Source of the DNA: Neoechinorhynchus agilis
Lineage: Eukaryota > Animalia > Acanthocephala
Reading direction: 5' to 3'
Assembly (NCBI GenBank): GCA_051530055.1
Contig: CM121342.1
Location: forward strand, 5,703,489-5,767,488
Length of the DNA stretch: 64,000 bases
Shown: positions 36,231 through 53,388 of the stretch, one piece after another
How the letters are laid out: the number at the start of each line of letters is the position of its first letter
Position numbering within the stretch: the first letter of the stretch is position 1
Program-made: the position numbers and the translations under genes
The notes under the pieces: generated by a model
Told to the model about the DNA's origin: nothing
Database searches by the model: none
What the model saw: only the letters and a program-made list of their open reading frames with translations

Positions 36231-39200
36231 ATGAGCACAGTCGCAATATCGCCATTTTTGAAAACTTTACTCGCTGTTTTGCTTGTCTACAGAGAAAATG
36301 TTCTAAAAACAGGACAAATACCGGAAACGGATTCCATTGACCGCATCTCGAAAAACGGAATAGTGACTCCCAGTCGCGATTTTTCTGTCTATTTGGAAAG
36401 TAAGTTCAATAATTGAACAAAATTGATCAATGTGGATAACACGCGTATTTTAGAAGCAAGAAATTTATTCTTGGCCGAAAATAGTCCAGTAGACGAAGGT
36501 TAGTTTCAATTTAAGAACATTTTCAGTTCAGTTTCTTTAATCGCTTTAGATAAAGTCATAAAACTGGACAACGTGGACGATTATCTATGCTCATTGAGCA
36601 TCCTAAGAATGCCAAGTGTTGGGGATGATCTGAACTCCGGTTACTGTGCAACTGACTCGGACATCGTAAAGATTGAAAATCCTTGTCGAGGCCGAAATGT
36701 CAGCAAAATGTCAACTAACAAAGGTAGGAAAGATTAAATTGTCCGAAAAACTAGCAGTTCGTTAACAAAGAGCCACAAAGGAAAGGTGAAGAGTGGAAAA
36801 GCCAAGAGCAAACGAGCACAAATGGCATGAGCACTTTTTCAACAAATATCCCAACGGCATCCATGGAGTCCCGAGCGACAGAAACGCCAGGTCCGTCGGA
36901 AACCAGCAAAACGGAACAATCGGAGATTTCGTTAACTGTTCCCGAGGATTCAAACGCTACGCCGTCCGTGAGTCAAGGCTCAGAGACCAGCACAGGCGCA
37001 GTAGCCGAGGAATCTTCTAGCACAATTGAACCAGGATCTTCTACAGCCGAAACAACCGAAAGTTCTTTAAGATCCAACGCTTGGATGGCACAAACCATCA
37101 AAATGGAACAATCGGAGATTTCGACTACAGAAAAAACATTAGAAGAAACGACAGCGGAAACCGAATCAAATCCGTTTGGCGACATTGAGCTGCCTGATCA
37201 CTTAAATGTAGAGAAGTTTGTGAGTGAAGGACTAGAGACCAGCACAGGCGCAGTAGCCGAGGAAACTTCAAGCACCATTGAACCTGGATCTTCTACAGCC
37301 GAAACAACCGAAAGTTCTTTAAGATCCAACGCTTGGATGGCACAAACCATCAAAATGGAACAATCGGAGATTTCGACTACAGAAAAAACATTAGAAGAAA
37401 CGACAGCGGAAACCGAATCAAATCCGTTTGGCGACATTGAGCTGCCTGATCACTTAAATGTAGAGAAGTTTGTGAGTGAAGGACTAGAGACCAGCACAGG
37501 CGCAGGAGCCGAGGAATCTCCTAGCACAATTGAACCAGGATCTTCTACAGCCGAAACAACCGAAAGTTCTTTAAGATCCAACGTTTGGATGGCACAAACC
37601 ATCAAAATGGAACAATCGGAGATTTCGACTACAGAAAAAACATTAGAAGAAACGACAGCGGAAACCGAATCAAATCCGTTTGGCGACATTGAGCTGCCTG
37701 ATCACTTAAATGTAGAGAAGTTTGTGAGTGAAGGACTAGAGACCAGCACAGGCGCAGGAGCCGAGGAATCTTCAAGCACCATTGAACCTGGATCTTCTAC
37801 AGCCGAAATAACCGAAGGTTTTCCTGTAGAACCGAGCAGCAAATCGGAACAATCGGAGATTTCGTTAACTGTTCCCGAGGATTCAAACGCTACGCCGTCC
37901 GTGAGTCAAGGCTCAGAGACCAGCACAGGCGCAGTAGCCGAGGAATCTTCTAGCACAATTGAACCTGGATCTTCCACAGCCGAAACAACCGAAAGTTCTT
38001 TAAGATCCAACGCTTGGATGGCACAGACCATCAAAATGGAACAATCGGAGATTTCGACTACAGAAAAAACATTAGAAGAAACGACAGCGGAAACCGAATC
38101 AAATCCGTTTGGCGACATTGAGCTGCCTGATCACTTAAATGTAGAGAAGTTTGTGAGTGAAGGATTAGAGACCAGCACAGGCGCAGTAGCCGAGGAATCT
38201 TCAAGCACCATTGAACCTGGATCTTCTACAGCCGAAATAACCGAAAGTTCTTTAAGATCCAACGCTTGGATGGCACAAACCATCAAAATGGAACAATCGG
38301 AGATTTCGTCAACTGTTCCTGAGGATTCAAACGCTACGCCGTCCGTGGGTCAAGGCTCAGAGACCAGCACAGGCGCAGTAGCCGAGGAATCCTCGAGCAC
38401 AATTGAACCTGGATCTTCTACAGCCGAAATAACCGAAGGTTTTCCTGTAGAACCGAGCAGCAAATCGGAACAATCGGAGATTTCTTCAACTGTTCCCGAG
38501 GATTCAAACGCTACGCCGTCCGTGAGTCAAGGCTCAGAGACCAGCACAGGCGCAGTAGCCGAGGAATCTTCTAGCACAATTGAACCTGGATCTTCCACAG
38601 CCGAAACAACCGAAAGTTCTTTAAGATCCAACGCTTGGATGGCACAGACCATCAAAATGGAACAATCGGAGATTTCGACTACAGAAAAAACATTAGAAGA
38701 AACGACAGCGGAAACCGAATCAAATCCGTTTGGCGACATTGAGCTGCCTGATCACTTAAATGTAGAGAAGTTTGTGAGTGAAGGACTAGAGACCAGCACA
38801 GGCGCAGGAGCCGAGGAATCTTCAAGCACCATTGAACCTGGATCTTCTACAGCCGAAATAACCGAAGGTTTTCCTGTAGAACCGAGCAGCAAATCGGAAC
38901 AATCGGAGATTTCGTCAACTGTTCCTGAGGATTCAAACGCTACGCCGTCCGTGAGCCAAGGCTCAGAGACCAGCACAGGCGCAGTAGCCGAGGAATCTTC
39001 TAGCACCATTGAACCTGGATCTTCTACAGCCGAAACAACCGAAAGTTCTTTAAGATCCAACGCTTGGATGGCACAGACCATCAAAATGGAACAATCGGAG
39101 ATTTCGTCAACTGTTCCCGAGGATTCAAACGCTACGCCGTCCGTGAGCCAAGGCTCAGAGACCAGCACAGGCGCAGTAGCCGAGGAATCTTCTAGCACCA

Positions 39201-41843
39201 TTGAACCTGGATCTTCTACAGCCGAAACAACCGAAAGTTCTTTAAGATCCAACGCTTGGATGGCACAGACCATCAAAATGGAACAATCGGAGATTTCGTC
39301 AACTGTTACCGAAGATTCAAATGCTCAAACGCTTGTGAGTGAAGGCTCAGAGACCAGCACAGGCGCAGTAGCCGAGGAAACTTCAAGCACCATTGAACCT
39401 GGGTCTTCCACAACCGAAGCAACCGAAGGTTCTCCTGTAGAACCGAGCAGCAAAACGGAACAATCGGAGATTTCGTCAACTGTTCCCGAAGATTCAAATA
39501 CTAAAACGCTTGTGAGCGAAGGATCAGAGACCGGCGTAAGCACAGGAGCCGAGGAAACTTCAAGCACCATTGAAAGGGAATCTTCCACAACCGAAACAAC
39601 TGAAAGTGCTCGGAGCGCAGATGAGCAAGAGACTGGGGCAACATTGCCGTCGGAGCTATCTTCCACCGAACAATTGGAATTATTATCTAGCGCAGCTCAA
39701 TCGACGGAAATTTCGGACGCGGAAACGTTAGACGTTTCAAGTGTCAATGTAGAATACGACGAATTATCGACATCGATGCCAGAAAGCACTTCACCGGAGT
39801 TTTCTGAGCAGAATACTGAAAGTTTCTTCTCAACTGAAGGTGAGACATATTATCCCCGTGAATATGTATTTTGTTAGTTTTATGTTTATCATTACAAATT
39901 GAATGCGATTTTCGGTTAGTTTTAAGAAGTGATTGATTTGTGAATATTTCCGTATCTCGACGAGGGAGAGTTTTCATTATTTCTTATAAAATTCAGGTTT
40001 AGCGAGTTTAACAGGAATGGACTCGGAGGAGAAAGGACCATATAAAAACGCGGATGACTTTGATAAGAAGTTTAATAGACAAGGTAAAATTGACTGAGTC
40101 ATAAACCTAAAGCATTTTTTTTGAATTTAGATCCAGAACCGATATGTTCTGAAACATTGGTTAGTAACTTTTCTTTTAAAAAAAAAGATTTAAGACTAAT
40201 ATCAGAATTTTTTTAGCGTGGACCACATTTGAGCGAACTGAAACTCGTAGAAGATTGGAGGAGTCAGTCTCCGGTGTACGTGAACATCGCCCCGGACAAT
40301 TCCTTATTGACCAGAAGTGCACGAGAATATATAATGAAGCGTAGAATTGAAGGTCGAAACAACAGTGTCATCCATATTCACGCGAGATGGGATATTGAAT
40401 CGGCCGGGGATAACGATCATCCTGAAGCGGTATTTGCATCGCACGCTTCGTCGATATTTGTTGCGAATTTAACGAGTTTGAAGATTATAAGATCAAGGAA
40501 ACTCCTTAGAGTGCCATTTAGGTCGGCCACGTATGGTTTAGCCATCAATAAGAACAAATCAATAATATACGTCGCCGTCGCACCACATCACAGTATTGTT
40601 TTGGTTGATTATAAGACTTTATCTCAAATTCGAGCTATTCGAATTCCTATCAAACATATCATTGAGGACATTGTGATCACGAATGAAGACGACTTGATCT
40701 TAAGCACAAAATCAGGTATCTACGGTGTAGATAAACATGATCGATTTCTTGGACTTTTAAATGTCGGCGTATCGATTTATGAGCCACACAAATAAAAGAG
40801 AAACTAAAACATTTTTTGGATCAATTCGAAAATAAAAATTTAGTCAAAATTATTTTTTCCACATTAAAGTTCAGCAGGTTTTGTCGTAAGAAAATATTTT
40901 TTAAATGTGAACATGGAGCAAATCGCGGTTACCGCTTCTCAAGATAACAAAATTTAGTTGAAGAAAATTCCTTCTTTTTTCTTACCATCAGAAACTTTAG
41001 TGTTTTCAATCACGATCCGATCACTGTAATCAATCGTTACGATCAATGCTTTAAGAACTTCTCAACTGTCAAACTGAATTCGTTTTACGGTCTCCTCGAT
41101 TATTTTGTCCTCTTTGGGGCAAGGGAAGACTTTTTCTCAGAGTTTTGCCCCCGGATTCAAAAATTCACTAATTTCCGATATTTCGCTTCTCGCACAATCC
41201 CCAGAAACTTTAATGCTTCCAATCACTGTAATCAATCGTTACGATTAAAGCTTTAAGAACTTCTTAATTGTCAAACTGAATTCCTTTTACGGTCTCCTCG
41301 ATTATTTTGTCTTCTTTGGGGCGGGGGAAGAAGACTTTTTCTCAGAGTTTTGCCCCCGGATTCAAAAATGCTCTAATTTCCGATATTTCACCTATCAGAT
41401 AACTGAGACATCCCCGAGGTTTTGTCATTGTCTTTAAGTTTTTACGATGATCAGCCTATTAATTTGGTCAATTTAAATTCGGGGAAGTAAAATTGAAGAA
41501 AAATACATTTAAAATAAAATCGGCGGGGTCTTAAGGTCCATACGTCCGATAAGTATTTGCACCGATTGATTATCGGACCAATAAAGTGACGTCTACGGCT
41601 CAGATGCAAATGGATGAGAGTGGAAAGCACCTATGGATAATAAGCCAGCCATGCAGAATTTCAGTTCTATCGGTTGAAACAAATCCATTGAGGCTCAATC
41701 AAATAGGACAACGGACTATTGATGGACGAGCGCGTCTTTGCACAGGTTTGGCTATCGGACGTGGCGACGGATTATCCGGCTCACCGGCTTGCTACGTTTA
41801 CATAGTAGACGCTTTGCGCCAGAGGATAATGAAATTCAATTGA
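36231..41843 (+). CDS. Large acidic Ser/Thr/Glu-rich mucin-like protein with modular internal repeats and a C-terminal NHL/YVTN beta-propeller-like region
   Basis: Short 5' exons from ATG 36231 (hydrophobic LLAVLLV) link by GT-AG introns to the ~3-kb repeat exon (ORF 36827-39877), then to exons near 40000-40170, ORF 40229-40795 (TYGLAINKNKSIIYVAV..HSIVLVD) and ORF 41586-41843 (CTGLAIG...YVYIVDALRQRIMKF). Several junctions are approximate. Confidence 0.7.
40989..41393 (+). repeat. Two copies of the ~206-bp satellite unit, inverted relative to the 54484-56435 array, inside an intron of the mucin-like gene
   Basis: CAGAAACTTTA..TCACTGTAATCAATCGTTACGAT...GAGTTTTGCCCCCGGATTCAAAA is the reverse complement of the 54.5-56.4 kb unit. 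Confidence 0.93.
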
Positions 41844-42169
41844 TAAAAGTGATAGCTTGAACATCATTTTAACAAATAAATTTGATTGTACATTCTCAGT
41901 GCGGTTAGAGAAGAATTAAATGGATCTAAAAGACTGAGAAAGGCCCAAAAATAAGATTATTAGAAAAAGAAATCATTAAAAACCACCCGAAAAAGAGATC
42001 GTGAGCGATAATCGATGACAAATACAACAAAGTATCGGAATCGACTAGCTGAAAAAAAGTAAATAGAAAGGATTTTTGATAATAACCTGTTTTCTTCTAA
42101 TCGCCGGAGTGGTATTTGATGCACAGATTACATTTCATTTTCATAAAAATTTAAGGAGTTGCTTTAAGG

Positions 42170-44430
42170 CGAAAAATTATTGTTTTAGTGGATAAAAGAG
42201 TTCAAAAACTGTTTTTAATTTCATTCGATCAATGGAAGTGATCGAGGGAAATTGAATGAAAGGGAAAACCTTGATTTTAATCGATCAATGGAAGTGATCG
42301 AGGTAAAGTGAATGAAAGGGAAAACCTTGATTTTGATTGGTTGATTCCTCTGATACGAAAATCAGGTTAATAAAAGACAAAAGTTCATCTGGACAAAGAA
42401 AATCACGAAATGAGCAGTCCAAAAAAAGCATTTTAAAGACTTTGAGTTCTTCTTAGAAGACGAATTCTATTAAAGGGAAAATTATTGTTTAGGTGGAAAA
42501 AGAGAGTTCAAAAACTGTTCTTGATTTTGATCGATCAATGAAAGCGATCGACGGAAATTGAATGAAAGGGAAAACCTTGATTTTGATTGGTTGATTCCTC
42601 TGATACGAAAATCAGGTTAATAAAAGACAAAAGTTCATCTGGACAAAGAAAATCACGAAATGAGCAGTCCAAAAAAAGCATTTTAAAGACTTTGAGTTCT
42701 TCTTAGAAGACGAATTCTATTAAAGGGAAAATTATTGTTTAGGTGGAAAAAGAGAGTTCAAAAACTGTTCTTGATTTTGATCGATCAACGAAAGCGATCG
42801 ACGGAAATTGAATGAAAGGGAAAACCTTGATTTTGATTGGTTGATTCCTCTGATACGAAAATCAGGTTAATAAAAGACAAAAGTTCATCTGGACAAAGAA
42901 AATCACGAAATGAGCAGTCCAAAAAAAGCATTTTAAAGACTTTGAGTTCTTCTTAGAAGACGAATTCTATTAAAGGGAAATTTATTGTTTAGGTGGAAAA
43001 AGAGAGTTCAAAAACTGTTCTTGATTTTGATCGATCAACGAAAGCGATCGACGGAAATTGAATGAAAGGGAAAACCTTGATTTTGATTGGTTGATTCCTC
43101 TGATACGAAAATCAGGTTAATAAAAGACAAAAGTTCATCTGGACAAAGAAAATCACGAAATGAGCAGTCCAAAAAAAGCATTTTAAAGACTTTGAGTTCT
43201 TCTTAGAAGACGAATTCTATTAAAGGGAAAATTATTGTTTAGGTGGAAAAAGAGAGTTCAAAAACTGTTCTTGATTTTGATCGATCAACGAAAGCGATCG
43301 ACGGAAATTGAATGAAAGGGAAAACCTTGATTTTGATTGGTTGATTCCTCTGATACGAAAATCAGGTTAATAAAAGACAAAAGTTCATCTGGACAAAGAA
43401 AATCACGAAATGAGCAGTCCAAAAAAAGCATTTTAAAGACTTTGAGTTCTTCTTAGAAGACGAATTCTATTAAAGGGAAAATTATTGTTTAGGTGGAAAA
43501 AGAGAGTTCAAAAACTGTTCTTGATTTTGATCGATCAATGAAAGCGATCGACGGAAATTGAATGAAAGGGAAAACCTTGATTTTGATTGGTTGATTCCTC
43601 TGATACGAAAATCAGGTTAATAAAAGACAAAAGTTCATCGGACAAAGAAATCACGAAATGAGCAGTCCAAAACATTTTAAGACTTTGAGTTCTTCTTAGA
43701 AGACGAATTCTATTAAAGGGAAATTATTGTTTAGGTGAAAAAGAGTTCAAAAACTGTTCTTGATTTTGATCGATCAAGAAAGCGATCGAGAAATTGAAAG
43801 GGAAAACCTTGATTTTGATTGGTTGTTCTTGATACGAAAATCAGGTTAATAAAAGACAAAGTTCATCGGACAAAGAAATCACGAAATGAGCAGTCCAAAA
43901 AAGCATTTTAAAGACTTTGAGTTCTTCTTAGAAGACGAATTCTTTAAAGGGAAATTATTGTTTAGGTGGAAAAAGAGAGTTCAAAAACTGTTCTTGATTT
44001 TGATCGATCAAGAAAGCGATCGAGAAATTGAATGAAAGGGAAAACCTTGATTTTGATTGGTTGATTCCTCTGATACGAAAATCAGGTTAATAAAAGACAA
44101 AAGTTCATCGGACAAAATCACGAAATGAGCATTTTAAAGACTTTGAGTTCTTCTTAGAAGACGAATTCTATTAAAGGGAAAATTATTGTTTAGGTGGAAA
44201 AAGAGAGTTCAAAAACTGTTCTTGATTTTGATCGATCAATGAAAGCGATCGAGGTAAATTGAATGAAAGGGAAAACCTTGATTTTGATTGGTTGATTCCT
44301 CTGATACGAAAATCAGGTTAATAAAAGACAAAAGTTCATCCGGACAAAGAAAATCACGAAATGAGGAGTCCAAAAAAAGCATTTTAAAGACTTTGAGTTC
44401 TTCTTAGAAGACGAATTCTCTTAAAGGCAA
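42170..44430. repeat. Tandem satellite array, 250-bp unit, ~9 copies
   Basis: The AAAACTGTTC anchor occurs at 42511, 42761, 43011, 43261 and 43511. Later copies are shortened by small deletions. Confidence 0.96.
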
Positions 44431-44597
44431 AAATTCTTCTTTTTTAGTGGACAAAACGGTTTAGAATGAACATTAAACAAATGAAAAATAACTCACGTTT
44501 TCTTTTGATTCGCTAGCGCTTTCTTAACATCTCATTCGGTGATATCGGCCGTAGCATTCGAACGAAGAGCGATGATCTAGACCTCCAAAAAGAGTTG

Positions 44598-48225
<3,628 letters not shown>

Positions 48226-48904
48226 GCACCAAAAAAAGGCATTGCATGAATGCTACGCTATTGAGTGTAAAGGATACTCAGGTCAAAATAATTCTCACAT
48301 CTTCCTATTGAACGGTTAGTGAGCACGAACTTGATCTATCGACTCCTTCAATTTGATGTCTCTCTTTTTAAACGACGAATTCAATCAATTACGTCCACTA
48401 TTTTTTTTGTTCTAAATACAATAACGATTACGTCCGACGGCGAAATATGATAAAACTAATTCAAGAACCAGCTTCTCACCTTAAAACAAACCAAAATCTC
48501 CAATCCATTACAAAAAATGAGATCCGAAACTTGTCCGCTCTCCAAAACGTGGAGAAATGTTTCGGAACTTTTAGGGTTAAGACGGCAACACGTAGTTAGA
48601 CGACAGTTTTAAAAGGGGAAACTAAATGCTTCTTTGTTTAGACTAGATTGAAAAGTTTATGTCACTTAAGACTTCAAAAAGTAGTCGGCACTTAAAGGGT
48701 TGATTGAGCGAAATGCCTTTTTTGATTGGGTTTTAGCTTGGTGCACACGAAAAAAAAACCGGAGAAAATTAAATCTTTTAGCGTAATAATCGTATGAAAT
48801 ACTACTTGATTTTCAAGTCGTCTACTTGATCGAGTTTTGTCTTTAAATGGACACTTGGGCGGGATATTGTAATGATAAAATCTTTTCTCTCGACCTGGGG
48901 TCTT

Positions 48905-51232
48905 TGTCGAGCTCAAGCTTCTTTTTGGACGGATACAGCGCCCCCCCGTTGCTTAGACTTTTTGTAGAAGGAATGCTCCTGCCCTCGGATCCCCCCGGTC
49001 AAGCTTGTTGAGCAATTCTGGGCTCTTTGTCGAAATGAAGCTTCTTTTTGGACGGACACAGCGTCCGACCGTTGCTTAGACTTTTTGTAGAAGGAATGCT
49101 CCTGCCCTCGGATCCCCAGGTCAAGATTGTTGAGCAATTCTGGATTCCTTCTCGAGCTCAAGCTTTTTTTTGATGGATGGAGCGTTCCCCCGTTGCTTAG
49201 AATTTTTGTAGAAGGAATGCTCCTGCAGTCGGATCCTCCGTTCAAACTTGTTGAGCAATTCTGGATTCCTTCTCGAGCTCAAGCTTCTTTTATGACGGAC
49301 ACAGCGTCCGACCGTTGCTTAGACTTTTTGTAGAAGGAATGCTCCTGCAGTCGGATCGCCAGGTCAAGATTGTTGAGCAATTCTGGGCTCTTTGTCGAAA
49401 TGAAGCTTCTTTTTGGACGGACACAGCGTCCGACCGTTGCTTAGACTTTTTGTAGAAGGAATGCTCCTGCCCTCGGATCCCCAGGTCAAGATTGTTGAGC
49501 AATTCTGGATTCCTTCTCGAGCTCAAGCTTTTTTTTGATGGATGGAGCGTTCCCCCGTTGCTTAGAATTTTTGTAGAAGGAATGCTCCTGCAGTCGGATC
49601 CCCAGGTCAAGATTGTTGAGCAATTCTGGGCTCTTTGTCGAAATGAAGCTTCTTTTTGGACGGACACAGCGTCCGACCGTTGCTTAGACTTTTTGTAGAA
49701 GGAATGCTCCTGCGTCGGATCGCCAGGTCAAGTTGTTGAGCAATTCTGGGTCTTTGTCGATAAGCTTCTTTTTGACGGACACAGCGTCCGACCGTTGCTT
49801 AGACTTTTTGTAGAAGGAATGCTCCTGCCTCGGATCCCCAGGTCAAGATTGTTGAGCAATTCTGGATTCCTTCTCGAGCTCAAGCTTTTTTTGAGGAAGC
49901 GTCCCGTTGCTTAGATTTTTGTAGAAGGAATGCTCCTGCAGTCGGATCCCAGGTCAAGATTGTTGAGCAATTCTGGGCTCTTTGTCGAAATGAAGCTTCT
50001 TTTTGGACGGACACAGCGTCCGACCGTTGCTTAGACTTTTTGTAGAAGGAATGCTCCTGCTCGGATCCCAGGTCAAGATTGTTGAGCAATTCTGGATTCC
50101 TTCTCGAGCTAAGCTTTTTTTGAGGATAGCGTTCCCCCGTTGCTTAGAATTTTTGTAGAAGGAATGCTCCTGCAGTCGGATCCCGTCAATTGTTGAGCAA
50201 TTCTGGATTCCTTCTCGAGCTCAAGCTTTTTTGACGGACACAGCGTCCCGTTGCTTAGACTTTTTGTAGAAGGAATGCTCCTGCAGTCGGATCGCCAGGT
50301 CAAGATTGTTGAGCAATTCTGGTTTTCGGATCCCCGTTCAACTTGTTGAGCAATTCTGGATTCCTTCTCGAGCTCAAGCTTCTTTTTGACGGACACAGCG
50401 TCCGACCGTTGCTTAGACTTTTTGTAGAAGGAATGCTCCTGCAGTCGGATCCCAGGTCAAGATTGTTGAGCAATTCTGGGCTCTGTCGAAATGAAGCTTC
50501 TTTTTGGACGGACACAGCGTCCGACCGTTGCTTAGACTTTTTGTAGAAGGAATGCTCCTGCCCTCGGATCCCCAGGTCAAGATTGTTGAGCAATTCTGGA
50601 TTCCTTCTCGAGCTCAAGCTTTTTTTTGATGGATGGAGCGTTCCCCCGTTGCTTAGAATTTTTGTAGAAGGAATGCTCCTGCAGTCGGATCCTCCGTTCA
50701 AACTTGTTGAGCAATTCTGGTCTTTCGATAAGCTTCTTTTGACGGACACAGCGTCCGACCGTTGCTTAGACTTTTTGTAGAAGGAATGCTCCTGCGTCGG
50801 ATCCCAGGTCAAGTTGTTGAGCAATTCTGGTCTTTCGATACTTTTTTTGAGGAGCGTGCTGTTTGTTGGTTGTTTGTTTTTTGGGGGTCCCGTTGCTTAG
50901 ACTTTTTGTAGAAGGAATGCTCCTGCAGTCGGATCGCCAGGTCAAGATTGTTGAGCAATTCTGGATTCCTTCTCGAGCTCAAGCTTTTTTTTGATGGATG
51001 GAGCGTTCCCCCGTTGCTTAGAATTTTTGTAGAAGGAATGCTCCTGCAGTCGGATCCTCCGTTCAAACTTGTTGAGCAATTCTGGATTCCTTCTCGAGCT
51101 CAAGCTTCTTTTTGGACGGACACAGCGTTCCCCCGTTGCTTAGACTTTTTGTAGAAGGAATGCTCCTGCCCTCGGATCCCCCGGTCAAGCTTGTTGAGCA
51201 ATTCTGGATTCCTTCTCGAGCTGATGCCACGA
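48905..51232. repeat. Tandem satellite array, ~122-bp unit, ~19 copies in two alternating variants
   Basis: TTGTTGAGCAATTCTGG...CCGTTGCTTAGACTTTTTGTAGAAGGAATGCTCCTGC recurs throughout. It is the reverse complement of the single unit at 12361-12482. Confidence 0.96.
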
Positions 51233-53028
51233 AACTCTCCCTCACATTATCCGTGGAAAAACATTCAATTTTCCTTATAAACCGCCCGGAATCTAAGTAG
51301 ATAGTTCCCCCCTGGGCCCTTGGCCACAAATATAACTCTCGTGGAGAATTTTTTCCGTCGCTGCTCAGAGTGGCGTTTTGCCCATGATTTAGCCATGATT
51401 TAGCGCTTGGATTCACTGCATTGCGAACGTATTCCGCAACACTTTGACGCAAAGGCCGTTCAGTTTTTCTTATGTAGATGACTCAGCGATTGCCATCGGC
51501 CAAACGTCGCTCGAAGGTCATCTCGTAGAACACTTTGTTTCCAGTGCAAATTGAATGTTTCCGGCGTTTCATGGTGTAAAGTTCTCATCATGATTCGCCT
51601 GAGTGTAGGCGCGTTTCTGCTTAAAATCCGGACATCCATTCACAATCGTCGCAGCAGCTTTGAAAAACGTCACTAATGAACTTTTCGCTGATATATTTTT
51701 ATCTTAAGAATCGGTTTTCCTCCATATCGATTCCGTAAACGGTCATCTTTCTGTTTTCTCCTTTCTTGAATCACACGGATGCTGGAAGCGCATGATTTCA
51801 AAATGTCGATATGTTAGCATGATTCGAATTTTAGTTTATGTGTTCATTCGGTCAAAAAGTTTCTATTGAAAACGTTTAGAACCTCGTCGGTTTCATCATC
51901 AGTTCTAAAACACAAGTTGTTCCCCGACGAGGTTTGAAACATTTTCAACAAAAAATTATCTGCCAGATGAGAAGACTAAACAATAATTCTTCGCATGATT
52001 TCGCTACGCGGATATCCACCGATCTGGTTCAGAGTAGTAATTCAATTACTCAAAGCACTGAGCCATCCCATAAAAGAGTTTGGACATTCCTCCGGATACC
52101 TCCAGGAGGCATCTACAAACTCTTTTATGGGATGGTTCAGTGCTTTGAGCAATTGAATTATTACTCTGAACCGGGTCAGTGGGCTGTGTGCCCAAAACTT
52201 TACAGCCGTGTTATAAAAAGGCCACACATCGATATAAGTTACGGGCTGGCCAATCTTCATAAAAATATCTATTATCAGCGAAAATTGCGTCCACTCTGTC
52301 GCCAATCGTTTCTCCGTTAATGAAGATAAGCAAATCAGTGCTTTCCTGTGCATCTCAACACAAATTGCCTGTTTCATCACGCGAAGATGATGGAAATAAC
52401 TTTGAAACACGAATTTAGGAACGGTATTGATAATCCGATGGTTTGTCTCGCTTCACCTCCATAGAATTCAACCTCCTCTCCAAGTCATCGACCTCACAAT
52501 CCTTTCTGTAGGTGAACAGCACATCATCCACATAGCAGAGATAAATCTTTTTCGACGCTAAATGTGAGCTGCTTTTCCAAATCATCGAGGAAAATCATTG
52601 CCAAGACGAAAGCAAAGATGTTTCCCGTTGACAGTCCATGGATTTGCCGATAAAGTCGGTCACTGTGTCGAAAGAGGTTGCACTATAAAAACTATTCGAG
52701 CCAGTCGAACAACGTTCATCGGTAGCATTCCGAAGAGGTTTAAGCTCTTTTTGTTCTCATTCGCTTTTTTCGAGTGTTCGTACCGCTCCCTCATTGTCGA
52801 AATTCGTATTAAGCGAGAGGAAAAATTTACTGTTTTCGGATACCAAAACAGCTAAGTATTTAAAATTTTCTCGGCCTCGTCTAATTTTGCCAGTTTATCC
52901 TTGTGTCTAAAAAAGGGTGGAACAAAGATGGTGTTCTTGATCAGGAACAGAGTTTCGTGTGAAGATAATTCATCAACTCGTTCGCACAGCACCGAAAGTT
53001 GCGATTGAAGATTGGCGATCTCTTCTTC
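51068..53028 (-). repeat. Composite repeated block, copy 2 (inverted relative to 10554-12512); includes the hairpin at 52016-52182 and an RT relic at ~52855-53028
   Basis: Reverse-complement identity with 10554-12512. ORF 52852-53163 (-) ends in the same EEEIANLQSQLSVLCERVDELSSHETLFLIKN peptide. Confidence 0.95.
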
Positions 53029-53388
53029 AACGTTTTCGGATACCAAAACCGCCGGACGACCCAGACAAGGATGCTTGCCAGCCGGCCTGGTTCGGAAGCT
53101 ATCGCCAGGAAGCGAAATAATCGGTACGCAGGTCAATTGACTGCCGAAATAATCGGTCTGCATTTAAGCAAAGACGCTACCGTGAATTTTATAAAAATTT
53201 TACAGAGTTAGTAACAATGCCTATGAGATCTTTAGGCGTAATTCAATTTTCTAACTGAATCTTTTAACGAAGAATAGTTAAAACGAAGTTCGATTTTATT
53301 GTAAGAGATTACAATTATTTTTAATTAGAGAGCATAAATCGATAATGTGAAAATTCGACATTTTAACAAAGAAATTTTCTTTACAGCA

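Noticed and set aside
36973-39666. Repeated antisense ORFs (MSPNGFDSVSAVV...)
   Set aside because: They are antisense shadows of the mucin-like repeat exon.
48905-51232. 5S rRNA or spliced-leader RNA array (unit ~120 bp, near CRE relics)
   Set aside because: No similarity to the 5S consensus, and no convincing SL exon, donor and Sm-site arrangement. The many overlapping ORFs here are repeat artefacts.
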